This document shows, in pieces, positions 27,101-42,100 of a DNA stretch of 64,000 nucleotides; positions within the stretch are counted from its first letter, which is position 1, and the number at the start of each line of letters is the position of its first letter. A model generated the notes under the pieces. The model saw only the letters and a program-made list of their open reading frames with translations. It searched no databases and had not been told where the DNA came from. Source of the DNA: Chiloscyllium plagiosum (lineage: Eukaryota); the NCBI RefSeq assembly GCF_004010195.1, contig NC_057718.1:39476635-39540634 (forward strand). Reading direction: 5' to 3'. A program made the translations under genes and the position numbers.

Positions 27101-30100
27101 GGAACTGTCTCCTTTCGTTTTAAAAAAAAAAGGACAGGCTGCTACTCCTCAGAAAATCTCACCTGTTACGCTTGGAATGCTACAAATCTAATCCAAGTGC
27201 AAAAGAAATGTATTTCATATTGCATTGCTTATGATGAGCGAATGCTATACTTGTTTAATATCTGCAAAATCCATTTTGATGTTAGCATTAACAAAGTCAT
27301 AAGTTCTTTTCAAATAATCTTATAAAAAAGGAAGCAATCCAGTTGAATTAAATGGGATACCTGAACTGATTAAAAACCAAAAGCACTGCGGATGCTATAA
27401 ATCGGAAACGAAAATCAAAGTTGCTAGAAAAACACAGTAGGTCTGTCAGCATCTGAAGAGCAATTAGAGTTAATGTTTTTGGTCCAGTGACCCAAAACTG
27501 AAGGGTTAAGTCTGACCTCTCTCCTCAAATGCTGCTAAACCTACTGAGCTTTTCCAGCAACTTTGGTTTTTGCGCCTAAACTGATGTTTGCTCTTTATCT
27601 GCATTATTCTGCTTATTGACAGGGAAGGGAATTAAGGATTTTTATGACTATTAAACATTGAGTGCCACCATTTGTAGAGATGCTTCGTGGGCACTCTATT
27701 GATGTTCGTAGATTTGGTCAATTTTGCATTTTCTATTTGAAATTGCAATTCATGTGCATCAAATGAATTAAGCAACATGGATCTATGTATTTAAATCTGA
27801 AAGAAAACCTGACTTCTGTTCCTTAATGATAAGGTCCTGGGGGGTGTTACTGAACAAAGAGACCTTGGAGTGCAGATCATAGCTCCTTGAAAGTGGAGTT
27901 GCAGGTAGATAGGATAGTGAAGAAGGTGTTTGGTATGCTTTCCTTTATTGGTCAGAGCATTGAGTCTATGAGTTGGAAGGTCATTTTGCAGCTGTACAGG
28001 ACATTGGTTAGGCCACTTTTGGAATATTGTGTCACCCTCCAATGAGAAGGATGTTGTGAAACTTGGAAGGGTTCAGAAAAGATTTTCAAGCAAGTCGCCA
28101 GGGTTGGGCTATAGAGAGAGGCTGAAAAGGCTGGGGATGTTTTCCCTGGAATGTGTGACCTCCTAGAGGTTTGTAAAATCATGGGGGGCATGGATAAGGT
28201 AAATAGACAAGGTATTTTCCCTGGGTGGGGAGGCCAGAGCTAGAGGGCATAGGTTTAGGGTGAGAGGGTGGTGTGTGTATGGGATGAGCTGCCAGAGGAA
28301 GTGGTGGATGCTGGGACAATTAACAACATTTAAAATGCATCTGGATGGGTATGTGAATAGGAAGGATTTAGCTAGATATGGGCCAAGTGCTGGCAAATGG
28401 GACTGGATTAATTTAGGATATCTGGTCGGAATGTACAAGTTGGACTGAGAGGTCTATTTCCGTGCTGTACATCTCTATGACTAAAATTCAACCAATAAAC
28501 ATCAGGTCTATTAGCATCTGAAAAAAAATGAGAGTGCGCTAACTTTCTGAGCCAACCTTCTTCAGAAGTAGCAATATTGAGAATTGATATTTTCTCTCCT
28601 CAGATACTGTTGGACGTACTGTACTTTTAATGCATTTGTTTTATTTCAAAATGTTCTGTTACATTTTATAGAAGGGGTAATAATTATTGATTACTTCTTT
28701 AAGATGTTCTATTGATTGATTGATGTGAGGGATCGATGGACCATTTTTTAAAAATTCCGCATCCATTGCTAGTATCAAGTGTGCCAAGATCTGGTATAAC
28801 ACCAGATAGGTGCAAACTAAAACTTCCTTTCCTCAACAAAGCACTGTAACTTTAGCAACTACTATTTTCATTTCCCCGACAAGAGGATTTCAACTATAGC
28901 AATCTTCTTTTTAGAAAATAATTTATACTTGCTATTATTTATACTTCCAGCTAATTAGTAATAAATCTTAGTTGAGGCTGTATTTGAAAGCAAACCATAA
29001 TCCTTAGTCAGACTATTGAATTTGTTGTAAGTCGTGACTTTTAGCATTGTACAGATGTTAGCAGAGCACCAATGCTTTTACAAAATGTTGCTGTAATATA
29101 TTCTACAGAAAATCATTTGGAAAATAATTGCATACCTAATACAGATTTGGCCATAGCAAATTTAAAGGAGATGTAAAATAACCATTTTGATTAAAAGTAA
29201 ACATGATACATTTAGCAAGCAGATTACACCAATTTGGAAAGCACTGATCACTTCGTATTTTTAAAGTATGTCCCCTCTACATTGCAAATTATAAATCACT
29301 AAAACACATGATGTTTTCTGTTCAACTTGACACTACTTTATAAATTTCATTAGGCCCTCTTCGCTTGAAATTTATATTGTCCTCTCGCACATTGAGAGTG
29401 TTGAAGACAGATTTTTATTTCATCAGTAGTTTGTAACAACAATAGACTTCTTTCCTCTGTTAGTTTTTAATATTGCAGACTGGCATGAATGTGACTGGAA
29501 TTGTTGTCTTGCTGCACTGTGGATGGAGGTTAGTTTTCCTTTTAAGAGTAACTGATGCTGATGTTAGCATGATGATTTTCAACAAAAGTCTGTATTGTGT
29601 AATACTTGTTAAAAATTCTGTATTTTTGTTTGTTTTTATAGTGGATGAGTATATTGCAGTTGCAAAGGAGAAGCATGGCTATAATGTGGAACAGGTTTGT
29701 GAAAAAACTATTCCAATAGTTATCTTAGAAGGCAGATTGCACACTTCAAATTTAGAGTCCAAAACTTTGGTTTCTTGTTGTTTTAAGGTTTTTTATAATG
29801 TTTAACCACATTAAACAGAAAGGATTTATTTCATTGAGACATTTAAATCACTTAAATAAACCATGTATTTTTAGTTGTCAGATCGTATTTGGCTGCCTGA
29901 ATTCCATCAGTGAAACTATTTTCTCATCAGATATACATTTTATACTAAGAATTTAATGTTGGTGCAAAGTGTTTACATTTTATGCCAGCAATAAACACGT
30001 TATAAATCCTAAATTAGCGCCTGATCTGACTTTATTGCAAAGTAGGCAGTCTTGTTCTATTATGAGAGATTATCATTATGAGGTTGGACATAAATTATGT

Positions 30101-33100
30101 CATTTGCACTGAGTTGTATCTGTACCACATGTTTATTGTATAAATGTAATTAAAGAATAAATTCATTATGTGATGTCATACCATCTGACTCAAAAACTCC
30201 AGCTTCCATTCTGATTTGAGTAATTAGGCAAATAAACCAAACAGACTGTTATGTTGATTAAAATTTCTCTAGAACCTTTTGAGTTACGGAGAAAACTCTT
30301 AAAATTGTCCATTCTACCTGCTTCCTCATGACCCTTTTTGTAATTTTGGGTGAGGATGAGTTTGGGATCAGCTGCTTCATGCACTGTTGAATAGACAATA
30401 TGGTGACAATATTTTGAGGAGTTACTTATGACAACTAGTAAGTGGAGAGATCTTAACAAATTTAATAGCAGGATCACATTTGAAATATTTACTTCCATTT
30501 GCTAGATAACTACCAATCAAACCAAAAGACTGACCAGCTGATGATTGGGAAGACCTAGTGGGATGAGCTGTCGCAGTACCAGTTGCAGGGAGATGGTTTT
30601 GCAGCAGATTGGCTTAAGTTCTGATGACCCACAGCAATACTGGAAAAGCAGTTAACTGCTAGGTCTGGCAGATCTTCACTCCTTTAGTGACTAGATTTCC
30701 CAAATCCTGGAAACCTGGCTTTCAACCAGATGTAATTAAATACATGTGCTACTAAACTGTGAGGTGCAGACCTTCATTAGTATGTTTTTTAATTGCTATC
30801 CAGCCTCTTGAGGGTAAGCTACTTGCCTGTGTCCTGTCCTACCCCAGTTAAACTGGAAGTTGGCAAATTCATTGCAGATTGAAGTTGAGTTTCAGACTTT
30901 TACATTGTTTAACCCTCTTCCAGGGGGAAAAAAAGGGTTGTAGGCAGGTGGTTAAAATCCCTTTTACTATATTATTGCAGGAAAGTTGGCATTTCAGGTG
31001 AGGGAAAAAAAGCAAAGGGGGAATGGAGGAGAAAGTCATCAGCTGTGCAAAGACAAATTCTGATATTCAAGGGACAGAATTGTGAGAAAAACCATGAACT
31101 TCCTGAGAACCCTCTAATGTGTCCTTATAGATTGAATGGTCAGTGCCTCACTTTTGTCCAGCGAAATGTGGGAAAATCCAGTAGCTCTTTGGGAGAAAAA
31201 GTTTGCCCTTAAGTTGTTACTTGCTTTGACAAATATTGTCTAAATTTGTGGTTTTCTAATACTTGTTACTTAATGTGTACCTCAAATAGGCTTTGGGGAT
31301 GTTATTCTGGCACAAACACAACATAGAGAAGTCATTGGCCGACTTGCCAAACTTCACCCCTTTTCCAGATGAATGGACAGTAGAAGATAAGGTTCTGTTT
31401 GAACAGGCCTTCAGTTTCCATGGAAAGAGCTTTCACAGAATTCAGCAAATGGTAATTACCTTTTGTAGTTTATTTCCTCAATTTTACTGTAACCTCCTTT
31501 GACACTGAATTCAGGTTGTATTCTGCTGAAAAAGATGAATGGTGAATATATTAATATAGAAGCAAAATACTACAGACTCTGGAAATGAGAAATATCAAAA
31601 AAATTGCTGTAAATTTTCAGGTTTAGTACCAATTGTTGAGAGAAAGAAATGTAAGATTGCTGGCTTTTCATCACTTTAGATCAAGCCAAATTCTTGCTTT
31701 TAATAAGATTAATTCTTTTGATTTTGAGAAATCTTTAAATAGGTTTTAATTCATTATTCTATCCCACCTGGCAGAAACCATGGGGGTGAGAAGTTAGGGG
31801 ACAGTTGCTTAGCAGTAATGTTACTGGACTAGTATATCCAGAGACCCAGGCCAATGCTCTGGGTAATAAACCTGATACCCACTCTAATGTTACAGGAACA
31901 CATTCAAATACCAATACAGTATCTGATATTTTAATTTGGCTAATCTGGAATTAAAATTTAGTATCAAGGGTAATCTTGTAAATTGAATTGTCATTCACAA
32001 ATGGTTCACTATTATTCTTTAGTGAACTAAATCTGCTGACCTTACCTGGTCTGGCGTACATGTGACTTCAATGCGGTTGACCCATAAATACATTTGAAAT
32101 GGTCTCAATTGTATCAGACCTCAAAAGAAATAAAACTAGATGGATCACTGGCATTGACCTAAGCATGGGAAATGACAACAGCACCACCCTATCTAGTTGA
32201 GTCTGAAAAATCCCCTCTAGGAGCTTGATCCAAACTTGGGTGAGCTAGTCAAACAGTAGCCTGACATTGGCCATAAAGTATATGATTTGTGGAGTATGAC
32301 AATGTTCTAAACACAATCATCATCATTCCTGGATATGTCCTGTCCCACCAACAGGGCAGACCCACCATAGTTGGGCAGCACAGAGGTATTCAGTTGGGAG
32401 AGAGTTTACTTGGAAGTCCTAAACATTGACTCCAGACTCCTTGAAATCACATAGCAACACGTCAAACGTGGGCAAGGAAACTACCTGTTGGTTGTCAATT
32501 ATCACCTTCCCTCAGCAGATGAATCAGTATTCTTCCATGTTGAACATCAATTGGAAGAAGCAGTGAATGTACCCTGAGTGGGGGTTTTAACATCTATCAC
32601 TAAGAGTGACCGTATCGTACCATTACTAGCTGACCTTGCTGATCCATGAAGGGCATAGCTACTGGACTGTGTTTGCAGTGGTTGTTGAGGTAAAACCTAT
32701 TACACCTTGTCCTCGTCAGTCCACTTGTTGTGAATGCATCCGTTCATAACAGTATAGGTAAGATTAACATCACACAATCTTTGTGAGGAGCAAGTCACAA
32801 CTTCACATGAGAGAGCCTCCACTGTGTTGTGTGACAAAACCACAGTACTATTTAGGATAAACTCAAACTGTGTTCATTAGGTGCTGTGATTCATCAGCAG
32901 CAGCACAATTATATCCAATCACAGTCTACAATCTTATTAACCTGACATATCCCTCATTCTACCATTATGCTAACAAGCAACCCTAGTACAATGAGAATTG
33001 CAAGAAAGCCTGCCATGAGCAACACCAGACATCTATGCACCCTGTCACTTTTACTGCAGTGTGCAGAGCTCTGAGGTCTGTACATAACAGCAGCTTCTGC

Positions 33101-36100
33101 TACTGGTTGTCAAGGTGCTTTCATGTTAATTGGCATGCACAGAACCTCCGAACAGCATGGGCACCAAGCCTAGAAGCTGCATTGCCAGAAGTTACATTTT
33201 TATATATAAAAATAAGGTGCCAAACCGTTGAAACTACATTGCAACGCTACATGTTGTGAAATGGTGTAAGACAGAGCTGAATAGTGCCATAAGCCAGAGG
33301 ATCAGTTAAAGCTCTTCAAGGCTTCCCCATATCTGGTTAGTATTGATAGCGGATAATTTAACAAATGACTGCAGGTAGAGGCTTCACTGATATCTCCATC
33401 TTCAATACTGGTGGAGCCTACAACATTAGTACAAATGATGAGACTGAAGCACTTGCAAACACCTTCAGCAAGAATGACAAGTGGATGACCCATCTTGACC
33501 TCCTCTTGAGATTCCTGGAATTTTAGATTGGTCTTCATCCAATTTGACTGTGATAATCTAGCCAAACTATTCCAGAATGGTTACAGTACTGACAGCTGTT
33601 TGATGGTGTGGAAATTTGCCCATGCCATGTCCTGTCACAGAAAGAAAGATAAATCCAATCCAACCAATTATCAACCCTCAAGCCCAATCTTGATCATCAA
33701 CGTAGTGTCAAAGGTGTTACTGACAGTGCTATCTATATCAAGCAGCACTTACACGCCAATAACTTGATCACAGAAGTTCCATTTGGATTTGCAGGGCTAT
33801 TCAGCTCCTAACCTCATTACAGCCTTAGTCCCAGCATGACCTGAGAGGTGAAGTGAGAATAATTTGCTTGACATCAAGACAGTACTTGACTGAATGTGGC
33901 ATCAAAAGTGAACCTGCAAATCTCTCCACTTGTTGGAATCATGCTAGCACAAAGGAAGACTTCTGATTGTTGGAGGCCAATCATATCAGCCCCAAGATAT
34001 TACTGCATGGTTTCTTCAAGACCATATCCTTGGTCCAACCATCTTTATCTTCTTCGTCAATAAACTTGCATCTATCCTAGGATCACAAATGAGGGTGTTT
34101 ACTGATATTTGGACAGTTTTCAGTACATTCACCATTCCTTAGATATTTCAGAAGTCTATGAGCCATATGCCAAAAGACCTGGATAGCATTCATCTTCAGC
34201 TGATAGTATGATTCTGTATGCATGTGTAAAACAAATGACACGCCAAATGAAAACAATTACTGATAAAAGTTTTACTTTTTCTTTTGGCTTTTATTTCAAT
34301 ACAAACTAGAATCAATTTTAAGAAAAACATTAGCAGGCAAATCATACTTAGTACTAACAGTAAATTGCATTTGCAATAACATAGAACAAAGATCAGTAAA
34401 GCACAGGAACAGGCCCTTCAGCCCACCAAATCTGTGCTGACTGTGATGCCATCCTAAATTAATCTTATTCTGCCTGCACATGGTCCATATACTTTCCCTG
34501 CCTGTTCATGTGTCTAAGTGCCTGTTAAACATTGCAATGGACTCTGCTTTTACAACCTTCCCTGAGATCGTGTTCTAGGCAACTACTACTCTTGGTGTTT
34601 TCTTAAATAAAAAAGGTTCTTTGCAAATCTCCTTTAAATTTTGCCCCTGTCACCTAAAACCTATGCAACCTAATTTGATATTTCCACCCTATTTCCAGGG
34701 AAAAAGGCTGAAAATCCACTCTATCCATGCTTGTCATAATTTTATATACTTCTATAAGATCACTTCTCAGCCTCATATTGTCTTTGCTCGAACATCAAAG
34801 TTTGAACAACCTTTCCTTATAGCTATTACATTTCAAACCTGGGCAACATCTTGATGAACAATTTTTTGCACCATCTCCAAAGCCTCCACTTCCAATAGTG
34901 TGGCAGCTAAAGTTTTATATAGCTGCAACATGACTCGCTAACTTTTATACTCAGTGCTCCAATCAATGTAGGCAAGCATGCCGTATGTCTTCTTTACCAC
35001 TTTATCCACTTGTGTTGCTACTTTCAGGGAGCAATGCGCTTGTACCCCAAGATTCCTCTGTATAGCAGTACTTCTAAGAGTCTTGCCATTTTTGTATACT
35101 TTCCTCTTTGACCTCCCAAAATGCGAGTAAACCCTATCCAATTTTTCTACCACTGATATAAGACTCACCAGCCTATAATTTCCTGGATTATCCCTGTTCC
35201 CTTAAACAAAGGAACAGCATTGGCTTTCTCCAGTCTTCTGGAACCTCACTTGTAGCTAAAAAGGAAAGAAAGATCTCAGATCTATGTCAATACCCCAGTA
35301 ATCTCCTCCTTTGCCGCCTTCAGTATCCTGTGGTAGATCCCCACAGGCCCTGGAGTCTTGTCAACCTTAATGTTTTTCAAGACACCCATCACCACCTCTT
35401 TCTTAATGTTGACATGCCCAACATACCCCTCCCTAACCTTCCCGTCATCCATATCCTTCCAGGTGAATACAAATGTGAAATATTCATTAAGGACATTACC
35501 TATTTGCTTTGGTTCCGTGAACAAATTCCCTCCTTTATTGTTGATTGGACCCAACTTTTCCCTCACTACCCTCTTGTTCCTAAAATACTTACAATATGCC
35601 TTGGGATTCTACTTAATCCTGTGTGCTAATGCCATTTCATGACCCCTTTTAGCCTTCCTAATTTCTTGTTTAAGTTTCTTTTTGGCTTCATTTGTACTCA
35701 AGGGTCTTATTTTGATTTTATTTGATTTTATTTTGGGCGGCACGGTGGCACAGTGGTTAGCACTGCTGCCTCACAGCGCCGGAGACCCGGGATCAATTCC
35801 CGCCTCAGGCGACTGACTGTGTGGAGTTTGCATGTTCTCCCCGTGTCTGCGTGGGTTTCCTCCCACAATCCAAAAGATGTGCAGGTCAGGTGAATTGGCC
35901 ATGCTAAATTGCCCGTAGTGTTAGGTAAGGGGTAAATGTAGGGGTATGGGTGGGTTGCGCTTTGGCGGGTCGGTGTGGACTTGTTGGGCTGAAGGGCCTG
36001 TTTCCACTCTGTAATGTAATCTAATCTAAAAAAAACCTCACATGTGCGTCCTGTTGATTTTCGACTAAGCTTTCAATATCTTGTTATCCAAGGTCCCCAA

Positions 36101-39100
36101 ATCTTATCGTAGAGTCATAGAGATGTACAGCACAGAAACAGACCCATTGGTCCAAATCATCCATGCTGACCAGATATCCCAACCCAATCTAGTCCCACCT
36201 GCCAGCACTTGGCCATATCCCTCCAAACCCTTCCTATTTATATACCCATCCAGATGCCTTTTAGATATTGCAATTGTACTAGCTTCCACCCCTCTGGCAG
36301 CTCATTCCATACATGTACTACCCTCTGTGTGAAAACGCTGCCCCTTAGGTCTCTTTTTTTATATCTTTCCCCACTTACCCTAAACCTATGCCCTCTAGTT
36401 CTGGACTCCCCCACCCCAGGGAAAAGACCTTGTCTATTTATCCTATCCATGCCCCTCATGATTTATAAACCTTTATAAGGTCACCCTATAACTCAAATCC
36501 TCCAACCCTGGCAACAGCCTTGTACGTCTTTTCTGAACCCTTTCAAATTTCACAACATTCTTCCGTTAGGAAGGAGACCAGAATTGCACGCAATATTCCA
36601 ACAATGGCTTTGCTTTCCCAAAATGCAGCACCTCACATTTATCTAAATTAAACTCCATCTGCCACTTTTCAGCCCATTGGCCCATCTGATTATCATCTTT
36701 ATCTTTCATCCTCACAGGAACATGCTAGTCCTGAACTCTGATCAACTTGCCTTTAAAAGACTCCCACATGTCAGATGTGGATTGACCCTCAAACAGCCAC
36801 CCCAATCTGATTTCTCCAGTTCCTGCCTAACACTGGTCCAGACTATCTCAAAACTTAAAGAATTATGATCACTGTTCCCAAAATGCTCCCCCACTGAAAC
36901 TTGGATCACCTGGCTAGACTCATTCTGCAATTTAGGGTCTAGTATGGCCCCTTCCCTAGTTGAACTCCACATATTTCAAGAAGCCTCCCAGATGCACCTA
37001 ACAAATTCTGCCCCATCTAAGCCCCTGGCACTTCTGGAGTCCCAGTCAATACTAGGGATGAGCAAATCACCCACTACAACAACTTTGCTTTCACATCTTT
37101 CCATGATCTGCTTGTATGTCTATTCCTGTATCTTGCACTGGCCATTGGGAAGCTGATCTTAACCCCATTATAGTGATTGCACTTTTCTTACTCCCCAAGG
37201 TCTATTAATATGGCCTTGCTGGATGAGCCCTCCAAAATGTCCTCTTTTAGTGCAGGTGTGGCATTTTCCTTAATTAGTCCTGCAGCTCCTGAACCCTTTT
37301 TACATCACTCTATATCTCACCTGAAACATCAAAACCCTGGAGTATTGAGCTGCATGATTGTTCCATGTACTAATCCAGACTCTAAAATCATCTGCTTTGC
37401 CTCTTATATTTCTTACATGAAAAAATAAACATCAGACCACCAGTCCCTCCATGTTCGTTAATCTGGCTCTGACACTTCTTCCTTATTAGACTGACTTACT
37501 TTTTCCTCAATCATTCCACATGCTGACTTACTGCTGTTCCCCCAAACTCCTGCCACACTAATTTAAACCCTTGCCGGTTGTAATAGCAGACCTCCCTGCA
37601 AAGATATCAATGCCCCTCCAGTTTAGGTTCAACCTGTCCTCTTTGTACAGATCCTTCCTGCTTTGGAGGAAATTCCAATATATCTGAAGTCCTCCTTCCT
37701 ACACACCAGATCTTTAACCATGCATTCAACTGTGTTACCTTCCTATTTCTGGCCTCACTAACACATGGCACAGGGACCAACCTAGAGATCCTGCTTTTCA
37801 ACTTCTTACTTAACGCCTTAATTTTCCTTTGCGAGATCTCATCTCTCTTAATGCTTACCTGTTATTACCAATATGATCTCAATCTCTGCTTACCCCCCTT
37901 TCAGAATATCTTGTGTCTGCTCTGAAGCATCATTGACCCTGGCCCCAGGGAAGCAGTGCACCATCCTGGAGCCTCACTTGCATCCGCAGAAGTGTCTATC
38001 TGTGCCCTGACTATAGAGTCCCCTAACTTACACATGGATCCTTCTTGCTGTACAACAGGGCCAATTGTGGTACCACTGATCTTGCTGTTGCTTTCCCTTG
38101 AGAGGCCATATCTCCACAATAGTGTTCAAAACAATGTGTGTTTGAAAGGGGAATAACTACAGGGTACTCCTGCACTGCATGACCATACTAAGTAGTATTC
38201 CTCATGGTCTCCCAACACTTCTGTCTGTGTAGCTCTTACTTGGGATCAAATATGAAGGTAGGCTAGCCAGTAATATTAGAAATGATAGTAAAGGTTTCTT
38301 TCAATACATAAGAAACAAATGACAGGCAAAAGTAGACATTGGGCCACTTCAAACTGATGCTGGAAGCCTAGTGATGGAAGATAAGGAAATAGCTGAGAAC
38401 TTCAAGACATGAGTAATATCCCAACAATTAAAGGGAGTCAGGGGGCTGAGTTGAGTATGGTTGCCATTATAAAAGAGAAAGTGCTAGATAAGCTAAAAGG
38501 TCTTAAAATTGATAAATCTCCTGGTTTCGATGGGCGAAGTGAGCTACTGGTATGGATTGAGGATTGGCTGTCTGACAGAAGGCAGAGAGTTGGGATAAAA
38601 TGTTCTTTTTCGGAATGGCAGCCGATGACAGGCGGTGTCCCGCAGGGTTCAGTGTTGGGGCCGCAGCTGTTCGGTATATATTAATGATCTGGATGAAGGG
38701 ACTGGGGGCATTCTAGCGAAGTTTGCCGATGATACGAAGTTAGGTGGACAGGCAGGTAGTACTGAGGAAGTGGGGAGGCTGCAGAAGGATTTAGACAGTT
38801 TGGGAGAGTGGTCCAGGAAATAGCTGATGGAATTCAATGTGAGCAAATGAGAGGTCTTGCACTTTGGAAAAAAAATACAAGCATGGACTACTTTCTAAAC
38901 GGTGAGAAAATTCATAAAGCCAAAGTACAAAGGGATCTGGTAGTGCTAGTCGAGGATTCTCTAAAGGTAAACATGCAGGTTGAGTCCGTGATTAAGAAAG
39001 CGAATGCAATGTTGTCATTTACCTCAAGAGGGTTGTGCTACTGAGACTTTATAAAGCTCTGGTTAGGCCCCATTTAGAATACTGTTTCCAGTTTTGGTCC

Positions 39101-42100
39101 CCACACCTCAGGAAGGACATACTGGCACTGAAACGTGTCCAGCGGAGATTCACACGGATGATCCCTGGAATGGTAGGTCTAACATACGAGGAACGGCTGA
39201 TGATCCTGGTATTGTATTCATTGAAGTTTAGAAGATTAAGGGGAGATCTAATAGAAACTTACAAGATAATACATGGCTTGGAAAGGGTGGACACTAGGAA
39301 ATTGTTTCTGTTAAGCGAGAAAACTAGAACCCATGGACACAATTAGAGGGGGTAAATTCAGAACAGAAATGCGGACACATTTCTTCAGCCAGAGAGTGGT
39401 GGGCCTGTGGAATTCATTGCCGCAGAGTGCAGTGAAGGCCAGGACGCTAAATGTCTTCAAGGCAGAGATTGATAAATTCTTGATGTCACAAGGAATTAAG
39501 GGCTACGGGGAGAATGTGGGTAAGTGGAGTTGAAATGCCCATCATCCATGATTGAATGGCGGAGTGGACTTGATGGGCCAAATGGCCTCACTTCCGCTCC
39601 ACTGTCTTATGGTGTAATGGTGATATGACCAGCTTGCTAAATGTGCATTGACAATGTTCTCTGCCTCATGGATGCTCCATAGTGAGTCCATTCGCAGCTC
39701 CAGTGCAGCAGATGAGGAGCTGCAGCTGAACACCGTTCCTGCATATGTGGTCACCATGAACAGTGGACGTGCCTCTGATTTCCCACAGGAAAAACATTCT
39801 GAGGCAGAGTTCTCCTGCTATTGTGAGCCTTAGCAACTATTGACAATAAGCCAATTACACAATCTTACCTACTACTCACCAAACTCAGGTTTCTCAGTTT
39901 CTATTTCTATTCTTAACAAGTTACACCCATAAAATTACAAACTTTATACTCTGTTTCCCTCCCGAGTACAACACACTCCATCTTTAGACTTGGTTCTCAC
40001 AGCTTTTCCAAGTTAAGCATTCTGCTGTTTGGCATCAGTTTCAGCCATTAAATTCTTCCCAGTTCAGATTTTCCTCAGCCATAATTCCTTCCCTTTGTGA
40101 ACTTTGTCAATTCTTCGTGGTATGGAGCTTTTACCCAACCAGCTCTCTGTCTCTTTCACAATGGCAGTCTTCTTTCCAGAATTTCTCAATCCTCTGCTCC
40201 GCTTGGTTATCGAACCACCTTCACCATTACACAGTATGGCTAATTTTTGGACATTTATTCACTTTGAAGTGAAAGAATCAGCTGCATCAATCCTGAATAT
40301 GTCTTCCGATTGTTTGGAACTCCAGCTTGCTGACCACTACTTCTTTTCAAATCTCCATGCTCCTCTTCATCTATCTGCCACGAGGTCATTGTATTTTAAC
40401 TTGCTTTCTATTAGTTGGGGATTCCTGGAAGCTATACCATTACTGCTTTTGAGTCAAAAGCTATCACACTGATAAGTTGCAAGTAACATTTATGCCAGGC
40501 AAAAGCCAGGCAATGACCATGTTATTTCTGAAAATATCTAACCATTTCTGCTTGACATTCTGCAGCATTGTTTTTACCTTAGTCTTGTATAGATTTGGTT
40601 GTCACTAACGAGGCTTGCATTTATTGTCCACTCCGAGTCGCATCTGAACTGATTTTTGGGGTGCAGTTAAGCACAAACCACATTGATACTGGTCTGGAGA
40701 CACATATAGACGAGTGTTAAGGACAACAGATTTCCTTTCCTAAAGGACATTGGTAGATAAAGTGGGTTTATACAACAATCAGCTAATTATATGGTCACCT
40801 CTAGTGAGCCTTCAATTCCAGATTTTTAAAAATGTAATTCAAATTTCACTATTTGCAATAATTGAATTCAAGCCCTTTTATTAGAATAGGGCTCTAGATT
40901 ACTAGTCTAGTTACATAAGCCACCATCTCCCCATATCATCAATTCCCCTACCATCAACATTCCAAGGGTTGTTATTGACAGTAAACTTAATGGGACCAGC
41001 CATATGAATTCTGTGGCTAAAAGGGAACCTCAGCGGCTTGGAGTTCTGCAGTGAATAAGTGCTCCCTGAATTCCCAAAAGATGTGTGCTATCTTTAGGAC
41101 ACAGGACAGAATTGTAATGGAATATTCAACACTTGCTCAATGAGTACTGCTTCAAGAACGCTTGAAGCATTTTTGATTGGCACCTTATCCACCAGATTAA
41201 ATATTTACTTTCACCCTCACTGATAGACAGTGGCAGCAGTGTGTACCATATGCAAGATGCACTGCAGAAAACTGTCAAGTTACCTGCAGCGGTCGGATCC
41301 AAACTTAAAAATTCAATCATCCCTGCTTATCCTGAATGTGCCCTCTATCCCATAATTCTAGCCTACTGTAGGTAAAGTAAACTGCAATTTCTGCTACTGA
41401 TGCATTTGGAGAACAATTAGGTGATGTAAAACATAAGAATTAAGAATTGGGGGCCCATTGATTGGGGGGACGTGATGGCCTAGTGGTATTATTGCTCGAC
41501 TATTAATTCAGAAACTCAGCTAATGCTCTGGGCCCTGGGTTCAAACTCTGCTATAGCAGATGGTGGAATTTGCATTGAATAAAAAAAATCTGGAATGAAC
41601 AATCTACCAATGAACATGAAACTATTGTTGATTGTCAGAAATACCCATCTGGTTTACTAAGGTCCTTCAGAGAAGAGAATATTTCATCCTCATTTGGTCT
41701 TGCCTACTTGTGACTCGATCCACAGCAATGTGGTTGATTCTTAATTACCACTGAAATGGCCTAGCGAGCCATGCAGTTATACCAATTGCTTAGAAGTCTC
41801 GAAGAAATGAAACCGGACAGATCACCTGGCATCAATTGTAGGCATCAGAAAAGACAATAGGAGAAACAGCCCTGTTGACCCTGAAAAGTCTTTATTGGAA
41901 GCTTGTGCAAACATTTGGAGAGCTGTCTCACAGACCAGTCGAGCAACAGCCTGACATAGTCATACCCATGAAATCATACCTTCGAGACAATGTCCCAGAT
42001 GCTACCATCACCATCTCTAGATATGTCCTATCCTACTAGCAGGACAGAACCAGCAGAGGTCGCGACACAGTGGTATACAGTTGGAAAGGAGTCCTCAAAG

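Larger units (their letters stand above)
34378..38230 (-). mobile_element. Long, internally deleted CR1 LINE retaining ORF1 esterase, endonuclease and RT remnants; interrupted by an HE1 SINE and a younger CR1
   Basis: GDSIVR and [22 protein letters not shown] (SGNH esterase ORF1); TREGAILD...[10 protein letters not shown] (endonuclease); [21 protein letters not shown]; 3' tail at ~34380. Confidence 0.82.

Noticed and set aside
35735..35810. tRNA-like sequences (also at 17940-18013, 41465-41555, 49004-49090)
   Set aside because: They are heads of SINEs or LINEs that continue into repeat bodies, not stand-alone tRNA genes.
38409..39533. RT-like ORFs (also at 18122-18726 and 43242-43676) as functional genes
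   Set aside because: Fragmented by stops, frameshifts and deletions; dead LINE copies.
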